Shown here piece after piece: positions 26,934 to 35,390 of a stretch of 64,000 nt of DNA. This stretch comes from Escherichia phage Ec_MI-02. Location of the stretch: sequence record OP856590.1; one strand, 5' to 3'. Position 1 is the first letter of the stretch. Every line of letters begins with the position of its first letter. The notes beneath the pieces were generated by a model. The model was not told where the DNA came from. It ran no database searches and saw only the letters and a list, made by a program, of their open reading frames with translations. The position numbers and the translations under genes were made by a program.

Positions 26934-27384
26934 AATCCACCACTATTAAATCAATATCAGGAGTAAACATGTCAATTAATTTAGAAACCTTATCCCAATC
27001 ACCACCAGCAATACCGCAACCTATGCGTGGAATGTAAATTACTGGTTTAAACAAAAGGGTTTCTGCCTGTAGATTTAATTCTATCATGCAATTTACTAAA
27101 GCACCATAATCAAGATTAGGACCCGGTTCGTATTGCGTATACAAATTATAGCACATACTAAATCCTGTAGGATTATGTTTAAAAACAATAGACATATCGC
27201 CTAATTTATCACGAGAACCGTACTCGGTAGTGGTTTTATCTATTTCTAAAATTTTGGGATAGGCTCTTGCTAATTGACCCGCTACGCCAGAGCCCATTGT
27301 GTGGAAGCAATTGCACCCGTGCGCAATAATATTACCTTGAAGAAATAGGGCGACAATATCGCCCTTGATATATTTTACAATCAT
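26905..27384 (-). CDS. Macro domain protein (TARG1/OARD1/DarG-like ADP-ribose hydrolase fold)
   Basis: 159 aa; KGDIVALFLQGNIIAHGCNCFHTMGSGVAGQLARAYP and IPRIGCGIAGGDWDKV align by eye with the TARG1/C6orf130 macro-domain blocks (KGDLF...AHCIS...MGAGIA and PRIGCGLDRLQWE). Confidence 0.7.
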   Translation of the reverse strand: MIVKYIKGDIVALFLQGNIIAHGCNCFHTMGSGVAGQLARAYPKILEIDKTTTEYGSRDKLGDMSIVFKHNPTGFSMCYNLYTQYEPGPNLDYGALVNCMIELNLQAETLLFKPVIYIPRIGCGIAGGDWDKVSKLIDMFTPDIDLIVVDYESTLPASV

Positions 27385-27728
27385 CTAGTACTCAATCCTC
27401 GATTATAAGAATCTACTAAACGGTCAACCATTGAATGACAAGCGGCTTTATCTTTCTCCTCCGCAACTGAACATTCTAAGGTATTCCACTTTTTAGCATA
27501 TCGCTTTAACAATGTATCATTTTTGTATCTGCTTGATTTATCTCTTTCTCCGTCTTTATATGCATATATTAATTTCTGTGCAAATTCAGCTTGGCATGCT
27601 TTATTTTTCCCGCAATAATCCGCGGCAGTACGATTTACATACTCTCTAATTTCAGTATATGATGTATCTGCTGATGCAGAAGCAGAAAATGAAATTAATC
27701 CTATACATAAAACCAAAATTTTAGTCAT
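27381..27728 (-). CDS. Small secreted/periplasmic protein (signal peptide; T4 vs position)
   Basis: 115 aa; N-terminal MTKILVLCIGLISFSASASA signal peptide; four cysteines in mature part. Confidence 0.6.
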   Translation of the reverse strand: MTKILVLCIGLISFSASASADTSYTEIREYVNRTAADYCGKNKACQAEFAQKLIYAYKDGERDKSSRYKNDTLLKRYAKKWNTLECSVAEEKDKAACHSMVDRLVDSYNRGLSTR

Positions 27729-28266
27729 TTACTATTTCCAAAAGTTTATTATTTTTAAGGTAATTAGCCTTTTCTAGGACTTCAGAAGCATATTTAGAAC
27801 CTGCTTTAACATTCCATCCCGAATTATAAGAGGATATTGCTTTTCTTATATCGCCCTTATGTATATTTAACCAATAAGAAAGTTCAATGTACGCCCAGGA
27901 AGCTGAATTGGACCGTTTATTCAACATTCTTTTTATTTCAGCATCGGTCATATTATAACCAAGTTCCTTAACTCTTGCTCGCATGGTCGGCAAATAATTT
28001 TGGAACATTCCATAGGCATGATGCTTTGGTTTAGATTTTAAATTAACTCCGGCAGAGCTTTCTTGCCATAAAATAGCAGCCATTATATGACCCAATCCGC
28101 TCTTGTGGATATTTTTGTGTGTTTTATATTTTCCATCCTTAGAAAATTGTTCCCCGAATTGATATGCGTAACGCATGTTATCGAGTTGGACATTACTGAA
28201 AGTATGCTCGGAGCTATGTGCCATCATTGAAATGGCCAATAGACCAGCGAGTAGTGCTTTTCTCAT
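27721..28266 (-). CDS. Periplasmic lytic transglycosylase-like protein (SLT motifs)
   Basis: 181 aa; signal peptide MRKALLAGLLAISMMAHS; SLT-type motifs ILWQESS (catalytic Glu-Ser), GMFQ and SYNSG. Confidence 0.65.
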   Translation of the reverse strand: MRKALLAGLLAISMMAHSSEHTFSNVQLDNMRYAYQFGEQFSKDGKYKTHKNIHKSGLGHIMAAILWQESSAGVNLKSKPKHHAYGMFQNYLPTMRARVKELGYNMTDAEIKRMLNKRSNSASWAYIELSYWLNIHKGDIRKAISSYNSGWNVKAGSKYASEVLEKANYLKNNKLLEIVND

Positions 28267-28273
28267 GCTTACC

Positions 28274-28735
28274 TCATTGAGTTTTAATTACTGCTTTAGA
28301 AGCCTTTCCTGGTAAACGACGACTGTTGATAATTGCCATCCTGCATTGAAGCGACGGGTCTTTGAACTTTGCATTAGGTTTACAAACTGTAAATCCAAGC
28401 CAAAGATTTCCATCTGTGATTTCTAAACGCCCAGGACGATATTCAACCCCATCAATAAAATCCTCGTCAATGTCAGGACGCGGAGGCATACTCAGGAATT
28501 CATTAACTTCTAAAACATGGTCTTTTATTTTGTGGAATAATTCAAAAACATATGTCTCATCAATCTCCCGTTGAATTGCACGATCAAGAAGATGCTGAGA
28601 ATATTTTAGATGAAACGATGAGACCCCTGCTGCTTTTGATGCCTCACGAATCTCATTGTTAATTTGACGAAACTCCGACTCAAAGTGACGACGAAGCTTA
28701 TTTCGACGGATAAAAACTTCTGTGTTGATAGTCAT
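28274..28735 (-). CDS. regB: Site-specific endoribonuclease RegB
   Basis: 153 aa MTINTEVFIRRNKLRRHFESEFRQINNEIREASKAAG...; matches T4 RegB length and sequence as recalled. Confidence 0.9.
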   Translation of the reverse strand: MTINTEVFIRRNKLRRHFESEFRQINNEIREASKAAGVSSFHLKYSQHLLDRAIQREIDETYVFELFHKIKDHVLEVNEFLSMPPRPDIDEDFIDGVEYRPGRLEITDGNLWLGFTVCKPNAKFKDPSLQCRMAIINSRRLPGKASKAVIKTQ

Positions 28736-28762
28736 GTTATTCTCCTCTTAACTGATAGAAAA

Positions 28763-28792
28763 ATTATACCACAGTCAAGAGGAAAAGTAAAC
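28763..28792 (-). promoter_or_regulatory. T4-type early promoter upstream of regB
   Basis: Minus strand GTTTACT-17 bp-TGG TATAAT, about 25 nt upstream of the regB ATG. Confidence 0.6.
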
Positions 28793-28794
28793 AG

Positions 28795-29073
28795 TTATTC
28801 TTTAAATCTAATCAATTTATTCATAGACTTTGAAACTTCTGCACGGACCTCATGCAGGTTTTTAAGCTGTTCAAGACGTTGCTCATAGTAAGCAATTTCA
28901 TCTTCTTCAAGACAGTCCTGTGAATCTTCTTTAAGATAACGCGCATAGTCCTGGAAAGCTTTACGGACTACTTCTTGGAAGTCATCAAGACTTTGAATTT
29001 TCTTAGGAGCAACAGATACACGACGAGGGGCAGTATAATACTCATAACCAAACCCTGCGCTTAATTGAGCCAT
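28795..29073 (-). CDS. Hypothetical protein (T4 vs.3 position)
   Basis: ORF track starts at GTG 29115; ATG at 29073 with GAGGAAAA RBS overlaps the upstream stop (TAATG) and gives 92 aa. Confidence 0.55.
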   Translation of the reverse strand: MAQLSAGFGYEYYTAPRRVSVAPKKIQSLDDFQEVVRKAFQDYARYLKEDSQDCLEEDEIAYYEQRLEQLKNLHEVRAEVSKSMNKLIRFKE

Positions 29074-29339
29074 TAATATTTTTCCTCTGGTTGGAACACA
29101 GCACGACAAGCCCACATACTGGCTTCTTTGAGTTTCGTTTTAGCAATAGTTAACTGATCGAGGCTTTCAGCATAATTCTTCGCGAATTCACAGTCTTCAC
29201 AATTATCTAGTGCTTCCCAAAATTCATCGTATAAAGCGTCAAAGATAAGTCCTAAACGAACTTCAGCATCTTTGATAGCATTCACTTTACCGATTTTCTC
29301 TTCAGTATGTGGCTTATAACCTTTAATATCTTCAATCAT
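29073..29339 (-). CDS. Putative Acb2-like cyclic-oligonucleotide sponge (T4 vs.4 position)
   Basis: ORF track starts at TTG 29375; ATG at 29339 with GAGGA RBS gives 88 aa [52 protein letters not shown]... Assignment is by synteny with regB and the GrcA-like vs.6 gene. Confidence 0.55.
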   Translation of the reverse strand: MIEDIKGYKPHTEEKIGKVNAIKDAEVRLGLIFDALYDEFWEALDNCEDCEFAKNYAESLDQLTIAKTKLKEASMWACRAVFQPEEKY

Positions 29340-29553
29340 ATTTGACTTCCTCACCAGTACATAAATCATATTCAACTAAACGAATAGGTTCATGAATGCC
29401 ATATCCTTGAACAGAAATTTCTGTCGTAGGATAAATTCCATCAATATCACCCATGGTCCATGCTTCATTAAATTGCTGTTCGCCTGAATTACTAAACCAC
29501 TCGGCGAAAGCATTTAACACATCTTTAGAACCTTCAATAATTATCTTTGCCAT
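29332..29553 (-). CDS. Hypothetical small acidic protein (vs.5 position)
   Basis: 73-aa ORF, ATG start overlapping upstream stop (TAATG). Confidence 0.55.
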   Translation of the reverse strand: MAKIIIEGSKDVLNAFAEWFSNSGEQQFNEAWTMGDIDGIYPTTEISVQGYGIHEPIRLVEYDLCTGEEVKYD

Positions 29554-29915
29554 TACAAGCTCTCAGTAAAGGTACGAGCGATAACGTCGCGCTGCTGTTC
29601 CGGAGTCAGAGAGTTAAAGCGAACTGCATAACCGGATACACGGATGGTCAGCTGCGGATATTTTTCCGGATGCTTAACTGCATCTTCCAGAGTTTCACGA
29701 CGCAGAACGTTAACGTTCAGGTGTTGACCACCTTCAATTTTAACTGTAGGATGTGATTCAATTTCAATTTCACGGGTGTGCAAACCGTAGAAAATTTCTG
29801 GGTCTACAAAAGAGTCCTCTTTAAAGGTTTTAGAAACAATAATTCGTGCTTGAATACCATCTTCAAAATAAATAGTACCTTTATGTGTGCCTTCAAGAAT
29901 TTGATATGCTTTCAT
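29553..29915 (-). CDS. Autonomous glycyl-radical cofactor (GrcA/YfiD-like; T4 Y06I/vs.6)
   Basis: 120 aa; C-terminal 57 residues [59 protein letters not shown] carry the glycyl-radical signature RVSGYAVRF and match E. coli GrcA as recalled. Confidence 0.85.
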   Translation of the reverse strand: MKAYQILEGTHKGTIYFEDGIQARIIVSKTFKEDSFVDPEIFYGLHTREIEIESHPTVKIEGGQHLNVNVLRRETLEDAVKHPEKYPQLTIRVSGYAVRFNSLTPEQQRDVIARTFTESL

Positions 29916-29921
29916 ATAACC

Positions 29922-30251
29922 TCAATTAGAAAATAAATTTATCCAAGACTGTTCTTTAATTAAAAATGGCTCAGAATCATATGCCATTAAACTTTGGGTG
30001 ATTAGTCCTTTAAAAGGTCCATCAATAAATTCCATGGTAAAATATGGAATTTTATTCATTAATCTTGCATTAGGAGCAGTACACAAAACTCTGCATCCTT
30101 TGAATACACCTTTTTGTAATTTGTATTGCTTAGGATAAAATTCGCTCAAGACATTATTATTTGCCAAAATTTCAAAATGATTCACCAATTTATTTTTAAT
30201 AGTTTTTGGCGAAAAATAAAGATATTCGAAAAGCTGTGTGTCTGTCATCAT
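29922..30251 (-). CDS. Hypothetical protein (vs.7 position)
   Basis: ORF track 29922..30302; ATG pair at 30251/30248 overlaps the upstream stop (ATGATGA), giving about 109 aa; start choice uncertain. Confidence 0.5.
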   Translation of the reverse strand: MMTDTQLFEYLYFSPKTIKNKLVNHFEILANNNVLSEFYPKQYKLQKGVFKGCRVLCTAPNARLMNKIPYFTMEFIDGPFKGLITQSLMAYDSEPFLIKEQSWINLFSN

Positions 30252-30835
30252 TGCATTCCGATCACAAAAAATTGAGGACGAGTAATACCACCGGTGCAAC
30301 ATTTACTATTGCAACAGTATTGTACAGTTTCAATATGAATATCGTAAATTTTATCCATATCGGGAGATTTAACAGGCTCATCGATTATATACAAAATCCG
30401 CGAAAGCGATAAACCTCTGAACTTGCTGCCTCTATTACCGATAAAACTACGGACAGAATCAGTAAATAAACGAAAACGTATATCATCACTAGAATAACGA
30501 GAAAATTCTTTTTTAATGTGGCCTGCAGAAATTTTAGCGTAAGCTGAAGTATTAGAAAGAACAATAACTGTTCCACCGTCATACAGCCAATTAGCAGCAA
30601 AGTTAGTCACAGCAGTTGATTTACCAGATTGGCGTCCACCATCTAGTCGAAGTGTACAATATTGTTTAAGCAAGTCTTCAAATGGTGGAATATAATCGTT
30701 TTTACAAATTTCTTCTACTCTAGCATCAGAATGGTGTGTAAAAGCATTCATCAGGGATAGATAAGGACCAGTTAAAAATGTTCTCATTTTATTCTCTCTA
30801 AATTTGGGCCATTCCATGGCGCATGAATTGTCCAT
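30248..30835 (-). CDS. Small P-loop NTPase of unknown function (vs.8 position)
   Basis: Up to 195 aa; Walker A LDGGRQSGKSTA and Walker B-like ILYIIDEP; start uncertain (ATGs at 30835, 30817, 30787). Confidence 0.6.
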   Translation of the reverse strand: MDNSCAMEWPKFRENKMRTFLTGPYLSLMNAFTHHSDARVEEICKNDYIPPFEDLLKQYCTLRLDGGRQSGKSTAVTNFAANWLYDGGTVIVLSNTSAYAKISAGHIKKEFSRYSSDDIRFRLFTDSVRSFIGNRGSKFRGLSLSRILYIIDEPVKSPDMDKIYDIHIETVQYCCNSKCCTGGITRPQFFVIGMQ

Positions 30836-30940
30836 TTCTGTATTTACCCATTACCGCACTTGGGCTCGACCTTATTACAGGTTGGCGGGAATCCCTCATA
30901 GAATCATGAGGTCCAGCTTGTTCCCATATTTCTTATTTGC

Positions 30941-31414
30941 TTATTTGAATGATTTGACGTACTGAATAGAGCCTTTGCTATTCACGAAAGCGATTTTACC
31001 ATTTTTGTTATACATGGTAGCAGTACGCTGATAACCATAAGTTTGTTTACCAGATTGATAACCAACTAATGCGAAATTATCTTCACCCATTTTATTCTGC
31101 TTAGCGCGGATACGTTCATGACCGTGTGCCATAAGAACCTTAGCGTCGCCAGTTGCAATGGATCTACGAGTTTTTTCATCTTCAACTGTATTAACAAAAT
31201 CGTCAAATGAATCAAATTTAGCATGAGATTTATTATACAGTTTTCCATCTACTGCATAATTATATCCCTGTACATCCATCTCAACTTCTGTACCATCATC
31301 CAATACAGCAGTGATTTTTTGACCTTTTTTAAATTTCAAAAGATCAGTAAAAGATTCAGCGATAATTTGAGAATTAATAGCTGCTTCAGTGATAAATTCT
31401 TGATATGTTTTCAT
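30941..31414 (-). CDS. Internal-protein-like head protein with capsid targeting sequence
   Basis: 157 aa; N-terminus MKTYQEFITEA is nearly identical to the T4 IPIII capsid targeting sequence (MKTYQEFIAE-A, a prohead protease site); basic lysine-rich body. Confidence 0.65.
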   Translation of the reverse strand: MKTYQEFITEAAINSQIIAESFTDLLKFKKGQKITAVLDDGTEVEMDVQGYNYAVDGKLYNKSHAKFDSFDDFVNTVEDEKTRRSIATGDAKVLMAHGHERIRAKQNKMGEDNFALVGYQSGKQTYGYQRTATMYNKNGKIAFVNSKGSIQYVKSFK

Positions 31415-31423
31415 GTGTTTCCT

Positions 31424-31840
31424 TTAAATGTAAATAGTTTTACCGTAGTATTTATACCAGTATGGCTTCATTAAAATTTTTTCATCGAGTCGTTGTTGAC
31501 TCAACTTAATAGCTGATTTGCATGGATTATAATCATTTTTCCATTCTGCTGGAATATCGCTGATGTCAGGAACTTCAGTATCTTTTATACTAAACCCACG
31601 TTTTAAGCATTCCGTTATAATGTCTGATTGACGCTTTCGCAAAAATTCTAACTTATCGTAAAAGAACGTGACATGACCAGAACCTAAAATAAACTCGGAA
31701 GATATTTTAAAATCTTTAACCCGCTTACCATTTGCAACATGTTTACGAACTATACCAAAAACACGCGGCAGTTCACGGTATTCTGCGATTAAATGTTGAT
31801 CAGCAAGTTCAGATACTAAAGTCAAATTAATACGAGTCAT
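31424..31840 (-). CDS. denV: Endonuclease V (pyrimidine-dimer DNA glycosylase)
   Basis: 138 aa [29 protein letters not shown]...; matches T4 DenV length and sequence as recalled. Confidence 0.95.
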   Translation of the reverse strand: MTRINLTLVSELADQHLIAEYRELPRVFGIVRKHVANGKRVKDFKISSEFILGSGHVTFFYDKLEFLRKRQSDIITECLKRGFSIKDTEVPDISDIPAEWKNDYNPCKSAIKLSQQRLDEKILMKPYWYKYYGKTIYI

Positions 31841-31865
31841 TTTATCCCTCCAAGTAACTGTTAAT

Positions 31866-31895
31866 ATACTATCACAATTCTAGGAGAAAGTAAAC
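31866..31895 (-). promoter_or_regulatory. T4-type early promoter upstream of denV
   Basis: Minus strand GTTTACT-17 bp-TGA TAGTAT, followed by GGAGGG RBS and the denV ATG. Confidence 0.55.
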
Positions 31896-31899
31896 AACT

Positions 31900-32430
<531 letters not shown>

Positions 32431-32886
32431 TTAAAAGAGGCTGTTCATTATTCGGTAAAGTGAAGGGCCCATCACATATTGCCACTGAGTACGAGGAATA
32501 AGAGCAAAAGCATCCATCTCTGGAATCATAACGCCATCTTTATTTTCAAAATAAGACTCGCAATGGCAATTTCTAAACATCTCATGCTCTACTGGAATCG
32601 TATAATAAAATAACTGTAAGTCTTTATTACTAGAATATTTAAATACACCTAGGTCTTCTAGAAGGTCTGGATTATAATTGCTAAAGCCAGTCTCTTCTGA
32701 GCATTCTCTTCGTGCTGCATCTAGTGCGCTTAAATCAGAACTTTCTACACGGCCCTTTGGAATATCCCAGCGATGTGCCATCATTCCAGGTTTACGAGAA
32801 CCAGTAACTCGTCCCATAAATAAATCTTTATCTTCTGTCATAAAGATAATACCAGCTGATAATGTTTTCATTTTAATTTCCTGCAT
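32431..32886 (-). CDS. nudE: Nudix hydrolase
   Basis: 151 aa; Nudix box GRVESSDLSALDAARRECSEETGF (Gx5Ex7REUxEExGU); position next to e as T4 e.1. Confidence 0.9.
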   Translation of the reverse strand: MQEIKMKTLSAGIIFMTEDKDLFMGRVTGSRKPGMMAHRWDIPKGRVESSDLSALDAARRECSEETGFSNYNPDLLEDLGVFKYSSNKDLQLFYYTIPVEHEMFRNCHCESYFENKDGVMIPEMDAFALIPRTQWQYVMGPSLYRIMNSLF

Positions 32887-33356
32887 TCAGTGATAAAATT
32901 ATTTAAATTTTGAGCATATTTCTTTTCATCAAAAATCTTTTGCTGCCTACGTAACCGCCATGGCATTTCAATGAACACGCACCATATTCCTGATATTACT
33001 GCTGTTATAAAAATATTAACAAGCAGAGTAAAAAGAGCCCAATCTCCTATTCTATCCATTGGATTTTTTCCAAAGAAATAAAATACGAATGATGACACAG
33101 GAAGACTAATGATATACCATAAAAGCATATTCTTGCCTGTAAACCAATCAGCGTTCGTTAACTTAGCACGACCGTTTTGAATACATACGAACTTATCATC
33201 TGTTACAGTAGATGGCTTAGCTGCTTGATATCCCATTCTAAACTCCCTAATTAATCGTTTCTTTGTATCTTCAGAACAGCCGCTCCAGTCAACTCTATCA
33301 ACTGAAATGCCATCGTCCCCATCATCTAAATCATACCAGCGAGTTTTTAAAATCAT
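32868..33356 (-). CDS. Membrane protein, member of a three-gene tandem family
   Basis: 162 aa; two transmembrane helices; C-terminal tail ...NNFITECRKLK. Confidence 0.6.
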   Translation of the reverse strand: MILKTRWYDLDDGDDGISVDRVDWSGCSEDTKKRLIREFRMGYQAAKPSTVTDDKFVCIQNGRAKLTNADWFTGKNMLLWYIISLPVSSFVFYFFGKNPMDRIGDWALFTLLVNIFITAVISGIWCVFIEMPWRLRRQQKIFDEKKYAQNLNNFITECRKLK

Positions 33357-33727
33357 TTGATTTTCCTACAATCACTCACAAACTCTTTCATTGATTCATT
33401 TTCAATATAAGACATGTAGTTATTATATTCTTTTAATTGTATTTTGTAATCCTTTTTTCTTTGCCAATTTATTTTAAAATTATCATAATGAAAATATAAA
33501 ATAATACCAAAGAATGAAAATAATGAAATTACTATAGTATAATGAAGTTCGCTCCAAACTTCTATTATATCTACTATACCGCTGACATTACTGCGGATGT
33601 TTAAAATAAAACAGTCAATTAACAATCCAATAAGACTACCCGCAAGAGCTGCAGCCAACGCCACAGCAAGAATTAATAGTGCCTCAGGAAACGAATATTT
33701 GACTTTATTTAGTTTTGGCTTTTGCAT
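33353..33727 (-). CDS. Membrane protein, member of a three-gene tandem family
   Basis: 124 aa; two transmembrane helices; C-terminal tail ...EFVSDCRKIK. Confidence 0.6.
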   Translation of the reverse strand: MQKPKLNKVKYSFPEALLILAVALAAALAGSLIGLLIDCFILNIRSNVSGIVDIIEVWSELHYTIVISLFSFFGIILYFHYDNFKINWQRKKDYKIQLKEYNNYMSYIENESMKEFVSDCRKIK

Positions 33728-34101
33728 CGTGATTCCTTAACAAATTTCATAATTTCATCAAATTCATACGCAGCAAGTTTAAGCTGATGTTCTTTTTTAA
33801 TCTTTTTGCACCGGGCTTTCCAATCACGTACACGTTTACGATAGTGTCTTCCTTGATACCAGTATCCTACCCAATTCACAGGTACTAATAAAAGCGGAAC
33901 TACCAATGGAAGAATTAGTGTTGCTCCAAATATTACACCAGATTCAATATCAGTCATAACGTCTATAACCATTCCAGCAATTAGCAAAATCACAAATGAT
34001 ACAGCTACCACAGGACCTATTAATACATCAGTAGGAATTAGCTGACGCTTTGGTTCATACTTCACAGGTTTACTTGGAAGGTATAGTGATGGCTTTGACA
34101 T
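33709..34101 (-). CDS. Membrane protein, member of a three-gene tandem family
   Basis: ORF track starts at TTG 34122; ATG at 34101 gives 130 aa; two transmembrane helices; tail ...KFVKESRCKSQN. Confidence 0.55.
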   Translation of the reverse strand: MSKPSLYLPSKPVKYEPKRQLIPTDVLIGPVVAVSFVILLIAGMVIDVMTDIESGVIFGATLILPLVVPLLLVPVNWVGYWYQGRHYRKRVRDWKARCKKIKKEHQLKLAAYEFDEIMKFVKESRCKSQN

Positions 34102-34684
34102 ATTCTCTACATTCCTTAACAAATTTTTCTAATAATAAATCGCTTTCAAAATTGGGATTTTCTACGAATTTATCAAAAAGATCATCAACAATAGTTAAGA
34201 TATTCTTTTTACTAAGAATACGCTTATTTTCATATTTTGTTTCAGAATCAACTATAAGAGTAAAGAAATATTTCTTTCCCTGAAATTTTACCGTAGTATC
34301 AATATAGAACAAATTTGACTTTTGTAAATTACGTTTAAACCATGCATCACTTAAACTATAAACGCCAAGATAATCATAATCGTCGTTTAAATAACAAACC
34401 GTCCATTCAGGAGAAATGAAATCAGTAAATTCAACATCAAAATCACACGTCAATGAATGAATTGATTCAATACTGTTAATGAGTATTCCAGGACGTATTA
34501 AAGACTTTTTACCTCTAGAAAATCTTCCGGAAAGGCTTTCATCAGTTTCGTATGAAGACCCCCAATAGTAATTACGTCCTTCTGCCATGCGTTTAAGAGC
34601 ATTTAGTAATTGGTCTGGAACATCAACCTGTCTTTGGAACTCTTCAAACATTGAATTGAAATCACTTTGCATTTTCATTTTCAT
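34070..34684 (-). CDS. Hypothetical protein
   Basis: 204-aa ORF with ATG start. Confidence 0.6.
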   Translation of the reverse strand: MKMKMQSDFNSMFEEFQRQVDVPDQLLNALKRMAEGRNYYWGSSYETDESLSGRFSRGKKSLIRPGILINSIESIHSLTCDFDVEFTDFISPEWTVCYLNDDYDYLGVYSLSDAWFKRNLQKSNLFYIDTTVKFQGKKYFFTLIVDSETKYENKRILSKKNILTIVDDLFDKFVENPNFESDLLLEKFVKECREYVKAITIPSK

Positions 34685-34703
34685 TCCTATTTACTCCAAG
34701 TAT

Positions 34704-34721
34704 AAGGGGCCGAAGCCCCTT
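34704..34721 (-). terminator. UUCG-tetraloop stem-loop (possible terminator or stability element)
   Basis: Minus strand AAGGGGC-UUCG-GCCCCUU directly after the stop of 34726..35319; no U-tract. Confidence 0.4.
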
Positions 34722-34725
34722 ATCA

Positions 34726-35319
34726 TTATTTCAGAGAATTAATGTATTCCTGAACATCGGCAGAGGTAGTTTCAACCCCAGAAATATTACCGTTAAAGGT
34801 TTCAACTCGAGCAAGGGTATCTTCAATATCAACCTTAGTCAGTGCTGCAATTTCAACTACATCATCGGCAGTACTAATTCCAAGGGCATTTGCTGCACGA
34901 GTTTCACGGATATATTCCAATTTAACTGCAAGTTCTTGGCGAGCATCATCTAACTCAACTACTTTCTTGGCGATTTCAATTCGCATTTCAGCATAACCGT
35001 CAGCCTTAGTAGTCAACTGCTCAGCTGTTCGACGATATAGTAAACCGAGTTTAGCATGCATTGTTACATCTTGACCTTCGGAAAGAAGTTTACGAATTTC
35101 ACGCTCTTTTGATTCGGCCTGTCGATTCTTTTCGACAATAAGTTCACGAATACGTTTTTCTTCATTAATAGATTTAACAGAAGCAGTTTTTAGATCTTTA
35201 ATTTTATCAAGCAGTTTTGCTGCTGCAGCAGTATACTGTTCTTCAACAGATAGATTTTTAGCCATAGCAGAACCAAGTTTAGTGCGAATAAACTCAACAA
35301 TTTTCTTCAGTGTGTTCAT
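34726..35319 (-). CDS. Coiled-coil protein (possibly PspA/IM30-like)
   Basis: 197 aa, ATG with AAGGAAA RBS; long amphipathic helical stretches; weak eye-level resemblance to the PspA region ALLKEREDLARAALIEKQ. Confidence 0.6.
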   Translation of the reverse strand: MNTLKKIVEFIRTKLGSAMAKNLSVEEQYTAAAAKLLDKIKDLKTASVKSINEEKRIRELIVEKNRQAESKEREIRKLLSEGQDVTMHAKLGLLYRRTAEQLTTKADGYAEMRIEIAKKVVELDDARQELAVKLEYIRETRAANALGISTADDVVEIAALTKVDIEDTLARVETFNGNISGVETTSADVQEYINSLK

Positions 35320-35360
35320 AGTATTTCCTTAGGTTGATTAAAAATAAAATCTGTGGAAAA

Positions 35361-35390
35361 ATTATATCATACTATTTAAGAGATGTAAAC
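35361..35390 (-). promoter_or_regulatory. T4-type early promoter
   Basis: Minus strand GTTTACA-17 bp-TGA TATAAT, inside the 3' end of the upstream gene. Confidence 0.55.

Noticed and set aside
30875-30892. Perfect inverted repeat CCTCAT-AGAATC-ATGAGG between the internal-protein-like gene and the P-loop gene
   Set aside because: No U-tract on the transcribed strand and a 6-nt loop; could be a processing or binding site, but there is not enough support to call a terminator.
2373-31248. Same-strand nested ORFs in alternative frames: 2373..2567, 2897..3118, 8069..8293, 15823..16014, 20923..21117, 26511..26699, 30385..30600, 31066..31248
   Set aside because: They overlap better-supported genes in another frame (GIY-YIG, a-gt, nrdG, the 15053 gene, the nucleotidyltransferase, the Cys-rich ORF, the P-loop gene and the internal-protein-like gene) and encode hydrophobic low-complexity peptides.
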